From NCBI GenBank assembly GCA_948466255.1, contig CAOJZV010000004.1, forward strand, positions 5,541 to 69,540: a stretch of 64,000 nucleotides of DNA, given 5' to 3'. Shown here piece by piece: positions 18,584 to 28,134 of this stretch (position 1 is the stretch's first letter; each line of letters opens with the position of its first letter). The translations under genes and the position numbers were made by a program. This stretch comes from an uncultured Bacillota bacterium. GTDB taxonomy: Bacteria; Bacillota_I; Bacilli_A; RF39; UBA660. Below the pieces are notes generated by a model. It did no database searches and was not told where the DNA came from. It was given only the letters and a program-made list of their open reading frames with translations.

Positions 18584-20353
18584 ATGGCTAGTACACAAAT
18601 AATAGTAAATATATATTCATTTATCATTTTATTAATTTTATCATTAGTATTTTTTAGTAAACAAAGAATGCGCCATGTAGAAGATAATACATATGCTAAA
18701 ATATTATTAACGACAATTGGAACTTTATTGGTAGGTATAATTTTAGGAGCCTTAGTTTCACAAAATATCAATGATATTTTAACAATCGTGTTGAATAAAG
18801 TATATCTTATAGGTTTAACAGTTATAATAACTTTATTTTCATTTTATACATATAATGTTTTTAAAAAAGGACAGAATTTAGAAACAGTTAGATCATTTTA
18901 TATTGTTCTTTATGTATTGAATTTTATAATAATTTTACTTGCTCCTTTAAATATAGAAATTAATGAAAATGGCGCAATACCAACTGGACTTGCGCTTTAT
19001 TATACTTTCTCATATTTAACAATTATGTATATTGTAATGTTAATATTTTTAGTTATAGATAGAAAGAATTTAAAAAATCCAAAATATATTCCAATTATTT
19101 TAATAATAATTAGTTTTATTGTATTTGCTGGTGTATTTGCATTAGCCCCAACACTAAATTATCTTTTAAATCCGTTAATAGTTTCAATAATTTTAATAAT
19201 GTATTTTACCATTGAAAATCCTGATATGAAAATGATGGAAGAACTTTATAAAAATAAAAGGATTATTGAAAATAATGCCGAAAGTACATCTAACTTTTTA
19301 TTTAAATTATCACAGGACATGAAATCATCTGTTAATGAAATAACTTTGATTTCTTCAAAAAAATCTGATAATGATTTAATGAAAATTAATCTTTTAGGAA
19401 GAAATTTGAAACATATTATAGATGATAGTCTTGATGTTAGTTCCATGGATTCTAGTCCTTTGAAAATTTATAATTCCAAATATAATCCGAAAAATTTATT
19501 TGATGAAGTAAAAGCTGCTACAGAAAATAAATTAAATGGAAATGTAAAATTAGAATATAAATTATGTTCTAACATACCAGATTATGTTTGTGGTGATTCA
19601 ATAAAACTAAAGCAAGTATTAACTTCAGTTTTAGATAATAGTATTAAATATACAAAAGACGGCTATATTTCTTTTGAGATAAATACTATTATTAAATATG
19701 ATACGTGCAGATTTAATATTGATATTTCAGATAGTGGTAAGAGATTTAGCCTGGAAAAGGTAAATGAAATTTTAAGTTTTGATTTAACAAATGAAGAATC
19801 TAACTTTGATAAAAATGTTTTAAATTTGATTAAAGTTAGATCTATAGTTAATAAACTTGGTGGCTCTTTTATGATTAGAAGTGAAGAAAAAAAGGGTACT
19901 ACTATAAATATTGTTTTAGATCAAAATATTTATGAAACTAATTTAAAAAATAAAGAAGTTAATCACGCATTAGCCCTTTATGAAAGTGCTTTAAATAAAG
20001 GTAATAATATAATGGTAGTAGATGATGATGTCAAAGAATTATCTTATATAAAAAATTATTTAGAAAATAGTGGAATGTGTGTAAGTAGTTCTTTATATGG
20101 AAAAGATGTTACTAAAAAAATAGAAGAAAATTATAAATTTGATTTAATAATATTAGATGATGAAACCAATACTGGTAGTGCTTTAAATATATTAGAGGAA
20201 CTAAAGAAAATAGATAAGTTTAACATTCCCGTAATTGTTATGATAAATGATAATAAAGAATCTATTAAAAAACAATATTTAAAAGATGGTTTTACAGATA
20301 TAATTAAAAAATCTGATTTAAAAAAGGAATTAGATAGAATTTTAAATAAGTAA
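18584..20353 (+). CDS. Degenerate membrane hybrid sensor kinase (multi-TM + HisKA/HATPase-like + receiver)
   Basis: ~7 TMs; H-box reads FLFKLSQDMKSS (His absent); N-box QVLTSVLDNSIKYT; receiver IMVVDDD...FDLIILDD. Confidence 0.75.
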   Translation: MASTQIIVNIYSFIILLILSLVFFSKQRMRHVEDNTYAKILLTTIGTLLVGIILGALVSQNINDILTIVLNKVYLIGLTVIITLFSFYTYNVFKKGQNLETVRSFYIVLYVLNFIIILLAPLNIEINENGAIPTGLALYYTFSYLTIMYIVMLIFLVIDRKNLKNPKYIPIILIIISFIVFAGVFALAPTLNYLLNPLIVSIILIMYFTIENPDMKMMEELYKNKRIIENNAESTSNFLFKLSQDMKSSVNEITLISSKKSDNDLMKINLLGRNLKHIIDDSLDVSSMDSSPLKIYNSKYNPKNLFDEVKAATENKLNGNVKLEYKLCSNIPDYVCGDSIKLKQVLTSVLDNSIKYTKDGYISFEINTIIKYDTCRFNIDISDSGKRFSLEKVNEILSFDLTNEESNFDKNVLNLIKVRSIVNKLGGSFMIRSEEKKGTTINIVLDQNIYETNLKNKEVNHALALYESALNKGNNIMVVDDDVKELSYIKNYLENSGMCVSSSLYGKDVTKKIEENYKFDLIILDDETNTGSALNILEELKKIDKFNIPVIVMINDNKESIKKQYLKDGFTDIIKKSDLKKELDRILNK

Positions 20354-20392
20354 ATCTTTAAGGTTTACTTTTTTTAATTTATATAATATAAT

Positions 20393-20422
20393 TATAACAT
20401 ATGTTATATAACGATAGTTATG
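20393..20422 (+). promoter_or_regulatory. Putative TetR operator(s)
   Basis: Perfect 16-bp palindrome TATAACATATGTTATA (20393-20408) overlapped by a related TATAACGATAGTTATG copy just before the tetR RBS. Confidence 0.65.
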
Positions 20423-20436
20423 ATAGGAGGAAAGAT

Positions 20437-20997
20437 ATGCCACCGATAAGGAAAGTACAAAGAGAAGATATTGTTAATATATCTTTAGAAATACTAAAAA
20501 ATGAAAGTATGGAAAGTTTAAATGCAAGAAGAATTGCTAAAGAACTTAATTGTTCAGTTCAACCAATATTTTATAATTTTGAAAATATGGATGATTTGAA
20601 AACGGCCGTTTTTAATAAAATATATAGTATATATCTTGAGTATATGAATAAAGGTTCTAAAGAGGAAAATGCATATAAAGGTATGGGACTTGCATATATT
20701 AGGTTTGCTAAAGATTATCCAAATTATTTTAAAACAATATTTATGAATAAAACTGACCTTACGCCAGATGTATTTATTGATAATGATGATATGGGTAATA
20801 ATATTATAAAGTATGGAATGGAATTTACTGGTTTTGATTATGAAACGCAGAAAGATTTTCATTTAAAGGTTTGGATTTTTACACATGGTCTTGCTACTTT
20901 AGTGGCTACTAAAACAGTAAAAATTAGTGATGAAGAAGTAGAAAAATTACTAGAAGAAACAGTAATGGAAATGGTTACTGGAATAAAGAGAGGATAG
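20437..20997 (+). CDS. TetR/AcrR-family regulator (WHG-type C-terminus)
   Basis: ATG 20437 after AGGAGG; LNARRIAKELNCSVQPIFYNFENMDDL HTH; WIFTHGLATL. Confidence 0.9.
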   Translation: MPPIRKVQREDIVNISLEILKNESMESLNARRIAKELNCSVQPIFYNFENMDDLKTAVFNKIYSIYLEYMNKGSKEENAYKGMGLAYIRFAKDYPNYFKTIFMNKTDLTPDVFIDNDDMGNNIIKYGMEFTGFDYETQKDFHLKVWIFTHGLATLVATKTVKISDEEVEKLLEETVMEMVTGIKRG

Positions 20998-21000
20998 AAT

Positions 21001-21939
21001 ATGAAAAATGTAATTGAAGTGAAAGATTTAACAAAAGAATATAAAAAATTAAAGGCAGTAGATGATTTATCTTTTGAAGTTAAAGAAGGGGAGATTTTAG
21101 GTTTACTTGGTCCTAATGGAAGTGGTAAATCAACAACAATAAATTGTATCTTGTCGCTACTTAATTTTCAGAAAGGCTCTATTAAAATATTTGGTAAGGA
21201 AATGAAACCTGATTCTTATGATTTGAAAAGACAAATTGGTGTCATCTTTCAAGAGGTGGCTGTCTTTGAAGAATTAACTGTATATGATAATGTTGATTAT
21301 TTTTGTGGTTTATATATAAATGATAAAAAACTTAGAGAAAAATATGTTAATGAGGCTTTGGAGTTGGCCGGACTTTTAGATTATAAAAAGTTTTATCCTA
21401 AACAATTATCTGGCGGATTACTTAGAAGATTAAATATTGCCTGTGGTATTGCTCACAAACCAAAATTAATATTTTTAGATGAGCCAACAGTAGCCGTTGA
21501 TCCACAAAGTAGAAATAATATTTTAGAAGGTATTAAAAAATTAAGAGATAATGGTGCTACTATAGTTTATACAACGCATTATATGGAAGAAGTAGAAATT
21601 CTTTGTGATAGAATTATCATTTTGGATAAGGGTAAAATTCTGGCTAGTGGGACAGCATCTGATTTAAAGGAATTATCTGAAATAGATGAGAAGATTACTG
21701 TAGAGATTAGTGAAATTGATGAGAGTATTTTAAATGAAATTAATAATTTAGAAAATGTAGATGACTTTACTTTTGAAATGAATGTACTTACTGTTAAATA
21801 TAAAAAGGGCAAAAACAATTTAGGAGAGCTTATAAACTTTTTAAAGAAAAACAATGTAACTTATAATAAAATCTTTTCGGAAAGACCTACTTTGAATGAT
21901 GTATTTTTAAGTTTAACTGGTAAGGAACTTAGAGATTAA
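21001..21939 (+). CDS. ABC exporter ATP-binding protein (LnrL/YfiL-like)
   Basis: GPNGSGKST, LSGG, FLDEPTVAVDPQSRN, YTTHYMEE. Confidence 0.93.
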   Translation: MKNVIEVKDLTKEYKKLKAVDDLSFEVKEGEILGLLGPNGSGKSTTINCILSLLNFQKGSIKIFGKEMKPDSYDLKRQIGVIFQEVAVFEELTVYDNVDYFCGLYINDKKLREKYVNEALELAGLLDYKKFYPKQLSGGLLRRLNIACGIAHKPKLIFLDEPTVAVDPQSRNNILEGIKKLRDNGATIVYTTHYMEEVEILCDRIIILDKGKILASGTASDLKELSEIDEKITVEISEIDESILNEINNLENVDDFTFEMNVLTVKYKKGKNNLGELINFLKKNNVTYNKIFSERPTLNDVFLSLTGKELRD

Positions 21940-23111
21940 TGTTTTGGCACAATTTTAAGTATTCTTTAAAAGTTTTATTTAAGAGTAAGGTTTTAATTTT
22001 TTGGACGTTTGCCTTTCCAATTTTAATGGGAATTTTCTTTAACTTGGCTTTTTCTGATATTGAAAATAGTGAGAAGTTAGATGTTATAGATATTGCAGTT
22101 GTTAAAAGTGATGAGTTTGATAAAAATATTATTTTTAAGGAAGCCTTCAAAAATTTAAGTGATGGTGATGATAAACTTTTTGATATTGATTATACTAATT
22201 TAGATAAGGCTAAACAGTTACTTGAAGATGATAAGATTACTGGTTATTTAGTATTTAATGATGATATTAATATTGTAGTTTCTTCTAGTGGTATTAATGA
22301 GACTATTTTAAAATATGTGGTTAATGAAATTAGTAGTAATGCTGAGATGATTAATACTCTTGCTGCAAATGATATTAATAATGAGATAAAGAAGGGTAAT
22401 TATAATATTAATTATGAAGAAATTTATGCTGGTGCTTATAAACTTGTAAGTAAAGATACGGCTAAACTTCATAATATTTCTAATAAGAATTTAAGTTATA
22501 CAATGATTGAATATTACACTTTAATCGCAATGGCTTGTTTGTATGGTGGTATCTTATCTATGTATATTATTAATTATAAACTTGCTAATATGAATAGTGT
22601 TGGTAAGAGAACGGCTATTTCGCCAGTTCATAGAGGACAGATGCTTGTTAGTAGTTTGCTTGCTAGTTATGTAGTTCAGTTAATCGGCCTTGCTATTTTG
22701 TTTGTATTTACAATTTCCGTATTAAATGTTGATTATGGTGATAATCTGCCGATGATTATTTTGCTGGCTCTTGCTGGCTCACTTGCGGGTCTTTCACTTG
22801 GTGTAATAGTGGCTACTTTAATTAAGGCTAATGAAAATGCAAAGACTGGTATTTTGATTGCTATTACTATGCTTGGTTGTTTCTTATCTGGAATGATGGG
22901 TATTACGATGAAGTATATTGTTGATACAAATGTACCTTTAGTTAATATGATTAATCCTGCTAGTATGATTACTGATGGTTTTTATGCTTTATATTATTAC
23001 AGTACTTTAGATAGATTTATTTTTGATATTGTTAGTTTACTTGTGTTTTCTATTTTGCTTATTTTTATTTCATATTTTGGTTTAAGGAGGCAGAAGTATG
23101 ACAGTATTTAA
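21939..23111 (+). CDS. ABC-2 type exporter permease
   Basis: N-terminal TM, large extracellular loop, five C-terminal TMs; operonic with the ATPase. Confidence 0.88.
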   Translation: MFWHNFKYSLKVLFKSKVLIFWTFAFPILMGIFFNLAFSDIENSEKLDVIDIAVVKSDEFDKNIIFKEAFKNLSDGDDKLFDIDYTNLDKAKQLLEDDKITGYLVFNDDINIVVSSSGINETILKYVVNEISSNAEMINTLAANDINNEIKKGNYNINYEEIYAGAYKLVSKDTAKLHNISNKNLSYTMIEYYTLIAMACLYGGILSMYIINYKLANMNSVGKRTAISPVHRGQMLVSSLLASYVVQLIGLAILFVFTISVLNVDYGDNLPMIILLALAGSLAGLSLGVIVATLIKANENAKTGILIAITMLGCFLSGMMGITMKYIVDTNVPLVNMINPASMITDGFYALYYYSTLDRFIFDIVSLLVFSILLIFISYFGLRRQKYDSI

Positions 23112-24246
23112 ATCATTTTGGAAAGTCCTTTTAAAGTATAAAGGAACGATTATTTTATATTCAATGATCTTAATTATCTTTGGGGCGATTAATATGTCTA
23201 CTTCTGATAGTAGTGTTAATTTTGAAGATAGTAAGCCTGATGTTTTGATTATTAATGATGATAAAGGAAATAAAGTTTCTGATAATTTAGTTAAGTATAT
23301 TGCTGATAATAGTAATGTTATTAACGGCCTTAAGGGTGAAGATGAAATTAATGATGCTTTATTTTATAGGAATGTAAATTATGTTATTTATATTCCTAAG
23401 GATTATGGAAAAGATATTATGGATGGCAAAAATCCTGAGATTGATATTAAGTCTACTGGTGATTATCAAGCAAGTTTAGCAGAAATGATGCTTAAGAGAT
23501 ATATTCAGGTTCAAAATATTTATAAGGCAAGTGTAAGTAATGAGGATGAGTTTATTAAACTTATTAATAATAATCTTTCTAAGGATGCAAGTATTGAAAT
23601 TACTTCTAAATTAGATACTAATAAACTTTCTAATGTTTCTACATATTTTTCATTTGCTAGTTATAGTATTATGGCGGTAATAATTTTTATTATTTGTTTA
23701 GTATTATCTAGTTTTAAGGAAAAGACTGTTAATAAAAGAACAATTATTAGTAGTATGAATTATAAAAAATATAATAGGAATCTTTTATTTGCTAGTTTTG
23801 GTTATTCATTTATTTTGTGGGTATTTTTTATTGTTCTTGGAATTATTATGCTTGGTGATATTATGTTTACAAGTAGGGGACTTGTTTATATGCTTAATTC
23901 GTTTGTATTTACTATTTGTTGTTTAACGATTGCTTTATTTATAAGTACTCTTGTTACTAATAAAAACGCTGTTAATGGAATTGTTAATGTGGTAGCACTT
24001 GGATCTTCTTTCCTTTGCGGGGCTTTTGTGCCTGCCGAGTGGCTTCCTAATTCTGTTTTAACTTTCGCACATATACTTCCTACTTATTGGTATATTAATT
24101 CTAATGATTTACTTAAGACAATAGAGGTTATAGATTTTAGTAGTCTGCAGCCAATATTTATTAATATGTTAGTAGTTTTAGGCTTTTCTATATTATTTAT
24201 TATTTTAAATAATATTATTTCTAAGTATAAACAAAAAGTTTCATAA
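23098..24246 (+). CDS. ABC-2 type exporter permease (second subunit)
   Basis: Same topology; SFLCGAFVP...LPTYW motif. Confidence 0.88.
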   Translation: MTVFKSFWKVLLKYKGTIILYSMILIIFGAINMSTSDSSVNFEDSKPDVLIINDDKGNKVSDNLVKYIADNSNVINGLKGEDEINDALFYRNVNYVIYIPKDYGKDIMDGKNPEIDIKSTGDYQASLAEMMLKRYIQVQNIYKASVSNEDEFIKLINNNLSKDASIEITSKLDTNKLSNVSTYFSFASYSIMAVIIFIICLVLSSFKEKTVNKRTIISSMNYKKYNRNLLFASFGYSFILWVFFIVLGIIMLGDIMFTSRGLVYMLNSFVFTICCLTIALFISTLVTNKNAVNGIVNVVALGSSFLCGAFVPAEWLPNSVLTFAHILPTYWYINSNDLLKTIEVIDFSSLQPIFINMLVVLGFSILFIILNNIISKYKQKVS

Positions 24247-24307
24247 GCAAATCTGAAAATGGTTTGCTTTTTTGATGGGAAAATTTTTGAAAATTAACAA
24301 AAAGTTA

Positions 24308-24337
24308 TTGACAGCACTAACGAACATTTGTTACAAT
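24308..24337 (+). promoter_or_regulatory. Promoter with overlapping LexA (Cheo/SOS) box
   Basis: TTGACA (24308) -18- TACAAT (24332); CGAACATTTGTTAC at 24321-24334 is one mismatch from GAAC-N4-GTTC; lies upstream of dinD. Confidence 0.7.
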
Positions 24338-24376
24338 TAAAATGTAGTAAACATAATAAGTAAAGGGGGAATTAAT

Positions 24377-25207
24377 ATGTCAGAACTACAAACTTATAAC
24401 GAAAGAACTTTTGAAGATATTAAACATATCGATGAATATGGTAACGAGTATTGGGAAGCAAGAGAACTGCAAGTGGTGTTAGAATATAAAGAATGGAGAA
24501 ATTTCAAAAAGGTAATGGATAAAGCGATGATTGCTTGTAATGCTAGTAAAAACAATATGTTAGACCATTTTGTTGAGTTCAACAAAATCGTTGAAGCTGG
24601 GGCAACAACTAAAAAAGTTTTAGATTATAAACTATCTAGATATGCTTGTTATTTAATTGTTCAAAATGGTAATCCAAAAAAAGAAGTAATAGCGTTAGGT
24701 CAAACTTATTTTGCTATTCAAACTAGGAAACAGGAACTCACTGAAAAAGAATACTATTTACTAACAGAAGATGAGAAAAGATTTTACCAAAGAAATTTAA
24801 CTAAGAAAGGAAATTATTCATTAAATAAAGCAGCTAAAAATGCTGGTGTTAAAAATTTTGATAAATTTCATAATGCTGGATATAAAGGTTTATATAATGG
24901 CGAAACTGCAAACGATATTGCTAGAAGAAAAGGTTTAAGATATAGGGAGGATATTTTAGATAATATGGGTAGTGAAGAATTAGCCGCTAATTTATTTCGC
25001 ATTACACAAACTGAATCAAAGTTAAAAAGAGATAATATTAAAGGAGAAAACAAGGCAAATCAAACTCACTATAATATTGGTAAAAACATTAGAGATGTAA
25101 TTGCTAAAAATGGTGGAACTATGCCTGAAGAATTACCAACGCCTGATAAAAGCTTGAAAGAATTAGAAAAAGAAAGTAAAAATAAACTTATGTTTAAGGA
25201 TGAATAA
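24377..25207 (+). CDS. dinD: DNA damage-inducible protein D-like
   Basis: FEDIKH..EYWEAREL, LSRYACYLIVQNG.P.KEVIALGQTYFAIQTRKQE, ILDNMGSEELAANLFRITQT, GGTMPEELPTP. Confidence 0.9.
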   Translation: MSELQTYNERTFEDIKHIDEYGNEYWEARELQVVLEYKEWRNFKKVMDKAMIACNASKNNMLDHFVEFNKIVEAGATTKKVLDYKLSRYACYLIVQNGNPKKEVIALGQTYFAIQTRKQELTEKEYYLLTEDEKRFYQRNLTKKGNYSLNKAAKNAGVKNFDKFHNAGYKGLYNGETANDIARRKGLRYREDILDNMGSEELAANLFRITQTESKLKRDNIKGENKANQTHYNIGKNIRDVIAKNGGTMPEELPTPDKSLKELEKESKNKLMFKDE

Positions 25208-25266
25208 TTATTATTTATTTTAATTAAAAAACATATAATATTGTATGATAGTGTAATTTTTTAAAA

Positions 25267-25295
25267 TTGACGTTATAGTAAAAATATGCTATAAT
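25267..25295 (+). promoter_or_regulatory. Sigma-A promoter of OLE RNA
   Basis: TTGACG-17-TATAAT with TG extension; start site predicted ~25302. Confidence 0.8.
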
Positions 25296-25303
25296 TCAAA
25301 GAG

Positions 25304-25883
25304 TTAATGGCACATTATTCTAGTCAATTAATTTACTATGAAGACGGGATTAAACCACCGTTAAAGAGCATATCTGTGAAGCCTTTGGTGATTGCTTTAT
25401 ACGCCCAGTTTAGGGTGGTTGCTGGAGGATAGGATATTGGGCGCTCGTAATGGCATACGACAAACGACCCAATATTCGTGGAGACCTTTGCTTGTGGTAA
25501 GCCTATACGCGTATTTAGCTGATGGACTTATTACGACATTGGATTTGAACCTACTTTGTGGCGAAAGTTATGGGTAGTGTAGCTTGTCTTGCGTGAAAGT
25601 ATTGGGATAAATGAACTGATTTAATTCTATGGCCAAAGAGTTAAATACTGCGTTTTGAAATTGCTTTTGCAAAAAAGAACTAATAGTAAATATTGGTGAG
25701 GAAATCTTCTAGAATGTTTCAATATAGGATTGCAGTGGATACTAAGTGGTAATCAAGTCATGCAATTGGCGACAATGCATTATTTTCTTTAAAGGGGAAC
25801 CGCATACTTGGTAACGAGAATGTAGAAAATAGGGAAATCCTACTTGACCTAAGATTCAAAGTTTACTATATTGATGCCATTAA
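25304..25883 (+). ncRNA. ole: OLE (ornate, large, extremophilic) RNA
   Basis: ~580-nt GC-enriched noncoding region closed by a 9-bp helix (TTAATGGCA 25304-25312 / TGCCATTAA 25875-25883); carries OLE-like conserved blocks in the expected order (TATTCTAGTCA, ACGCCCAGTT, GTAGTGTAGC, GAGGAAA..CTAGA, ACTAAGTGGTAATC, TTAAAGGG.AACCGC, GACCTAAG); lies directly upstream of oapA. Confidence 0.9.
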
Positions 25884-25901
25884 TTTTTTTTGGAGGGATT
25901 T

Positions 25902-26483
25902 ATGGGCTTTAGAGCAGAACTTAAAAATTTAAAAGTTCAAGATAAAAGAAAAGCAAAAGAAAAATCTGATAAAAAATGGATTACAACAATACTTATTATA
26001 ACTTTTACAGTATCTATATGTATGTCATTTATATCAGAAATGACAATACCAAAAGCTAACATATTTATAGGTATAATAATAACGCTTATATTTATTTTTA
26101 TTGGTGTTATATTTGACATAATAGGGGTTAGTGTGACAGCTGCAGATGAAAAAATATTTCATTCAATGAATTCACGAAAGGTAAAAGGTGCAAAGATAGC
26201 TGTTAAGTTTAAGAAAAATGCTGATAAAGTATCAAATTTTTGCTGCGATGTTATCGGTGATGTTTGCGGAGTAGTTTCAGGTACTGCGGCTGCATCAATT
26301 TCATTAATATTATCTAGTAATTTAAATACTAATGTATTTGTTACAACATTAATAGTAACAGGAATAATTGCTTCACTTACGATTGGTGGTAAAGCGATTG
26401 GTAAAAGTTATGCCATAAATAAAAGTGATGTTATACTATTTGAATTTTCAAAAATAGTTTCTTGTTTTTATAAAGAAAAGTAG
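25902..26483 (+). CDS. oapA: OLE-associated protein A (DUF21/CNNM-type 4-TM protein)
   Basis: GVIFDIIGVSVTAADE..FHSM.SRKVKGA, NADKVSNFCCDVIGDVCGVVSG, ASLTIGGKAIGK; ATG 25902 after GGAGGG; directly follows OLE RNA. Confidence 0.9.
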   Translation: MGFRAELKNLKVQDKRKAKEKSDKKWITTILIITFTVSICMSFISEMTIPKANIFIGIIITLIFIFIGVIFDIIGVSVTAADEKIFHSMNSRKVKGAKIAVKFKKNADKVSNFCCDVIGDVCGVVSGTAAASISLILSSNLNTNVFVTTLIVTGIIASLTIGGKAIGKSYAINKSDVILFEFSKIVSCFYKEK

Positions 26484-26609
26484 CCTATTCAAAAGCAAAT
26501 CTTTAATGATTTGTTTTTTGTGTTATAATGATAATAAAATGCACTTAAAAGTTGGTAGAATTTATTTGTCTTTTTTAATAAACTTAATAATGGAAAGGAG
26601 AAGTGTCTA

Positions 26610-27467
26610 ATGAAATTTGGAGACAATTTAAAACAAATAAGAAGAAGTAAAAAAATATCTCAGGAAAAGCTTGCTGAAATATTAGGAGTATCTAGACAAT
26701 CAATATCTAAATGGGAAACTGGTGAAAACTTTCCTAGTATGCAAAATATTATATGTTTGTGTGATATTTTTAAATGTAAAATTAATGATTTAGTTCATGA
26801 GGATTTTGTTGATATAGATTCATTAGACGAAGAAATTAAAATGAGTGTTGTTAAGTTTAAAAAAGAAAAACAAAAAAAGATGAAAATTATTAGTAAATTT
26901 ATTTATGTACTTTCAAAGATTGGCGAAATTATGACTGAGGTTGGTATGGCTATATTAGTAGTTCTTGCAATTTCACTTCCATTTGTATTTAAAGATGTTA
27001 GCATTGATGGTTTTGAGTTAAAAGCGAATGATATTGTAATTGGTGATGTAACTAAAGCAGATGTATCAGTAGTAACTGATTATTTAAATAATCATACCAA
27101 TACTGAAATAATTATCCATGCAGAAATAATTTTAATTAGTTTGATTGTATCATTATTTTTACTTAGAATGATTATGAATTATTTATACAAACTATTTAAA
27201 AACATTAATGAATGTGATACACCATTTACGATGGACAATGTCACATATATTAGAAAAATATCATTATATGTATTACTTTATATTATTGTTCCATATATTT
27301 TGGGTGTATTAACACAATTAATTATGGGTATTAATTTGAATGCCGAACTAGAACTTACAAGTATTGTTTTAGGACTAATTATTTTTAGTATATCTTATAT
27401 TTTTGAATATGGGTATCAGATACAATTAGATTCTAAGGGAAAGATTTATGGTGATGAAAGTGAATAA
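26610..27467 (+). CDS. XRE-family HTH fused to a membrane domain (DUF2975-like)
   Basis: SQEKLAEILGVSRQSISKWETG HTH; C-terminal TPFT...IFEYG..IQ. Confidence 0.8.
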   Translation: MKFGDNLKQIRRSKKISQEKLAEILGVSRQSISKWETGENFPSMQNIICLCDIFKCKINDLVHEDFVDIDSLDEEIKMSVVKFKKEKQKKMKIISKFIYVLSKIGEIMTEVGMAILVVLAISLPFVFKDVSIDGFELKANDIVIGDVTKADVSVVTDYLNNHTNTEIIIHAEIILISLIVSLFLLRMIMNYLYKLFKNINECDTPFTMDNVTYIRKISLYVLLYIIVPYILGVLTQLIMGINLNAELELTSIVLGLIIFSISYIFEYGYQIQLDSKGKIYGDESE

Positions 27468-27714
27468 AACTGAATTTATAAAAGAGTTACAAAAACAGTT
27501 AAATTATGATGAAGAAAAATGCATAATTATCAATGATATACTTGAAAATACTTTCTTAATAGGAAAGAAAAATAAAGAAATAATGATAAATGAGTTTGTA
27601 ACTAAATTGAATGTGACAGAAATAGAAGCAAATAAAATTTATGAAACAGCTATGAATATATTATCTAAAGGAATAAAAGAAAAATTAAAACATCCTTTTA
27701 GAAGTAGAGATTAA
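27448..27714 (+). CDS. Hypothetical protein
   Basis: 88-aa ORF overlapping the upstream stop and followed by a terminator. Confidence 0.6.
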   Translation: MVMKVNKTEFIKELQKQLNYDEEKCIIINDILENTFLIGKKNKEIMINEFVTKLNVTEIEANKIYETAMNILSKGIKEKLKHPFRSRD

Positions 27715-27716
27715 TT

Positions 27717-27756
27717 ATAAAGTAGATTATAAAATCTGCTTTTTTCATGGTATAAT
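27717..27756 (+). repeat. 40-bp terminator+promoter direct repeat, copy 1
   Basis: ATAAAGTAGATTATAAAATCTGCTTTTTTCATGGTATAAT, identical to 29813-29852. Confidence 0.9.
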
Positions 27757-27792
27757 TGGAATAGATAATAGTAATGAGTGGAGGAACATAAA

Positions 27793-28116
27793 ATGAAAAA
27801 AGATTGGAAGGAAATAATAATATTTTTAATACAATTGTTTATGTTTTATATTTTCCCGTTATTCGCAGGGCAGGCAGATGCAATGGGAATGGTATTTTTA
27901 ATTTTAGTAGTAACTTTTATCTTATCTATTGTTATTGCTAGCGTTTCAAAAGAAAAATGGAAATATTTTTATCCAATAATTGTATCAATCTTATTTATAC
28001 CGTCAGTATTTATTTATTATAATGATTCAGCTTTAATTCACACAGTGTGGTATTTTGTAGATTCTGCTGCCGGCTTATTAATAGGAACAATTATTTATAA
28101 AATAACTAATAAATAA
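27793..28116 (+). CDS. Small 4-TM membrane protein
   Basis: Hydrophobic ORF; ATG 27793 after GGAGG. Confidence 0.7.
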   Translation: MKKDWKEIIIFLIQLFMFYIFPLFAGQADAMGMVFLILVVTFILSIVIASVSKEKWKYFYPIIVSILFIPSVFIYYNDSALIHTVWYFVDSAAGLLIGTIIYKITNK

Positions 28117-28134
28117 TAATTTGAAGGTGATGTT

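Noticed and set aside
25392-25577. 61-aa ORF in the ORF track
   Set aside because: Lies wholly inside the OLE RNA, has no RBS and atypical composition; a chance ORF in a GC-enriched ncRNA.
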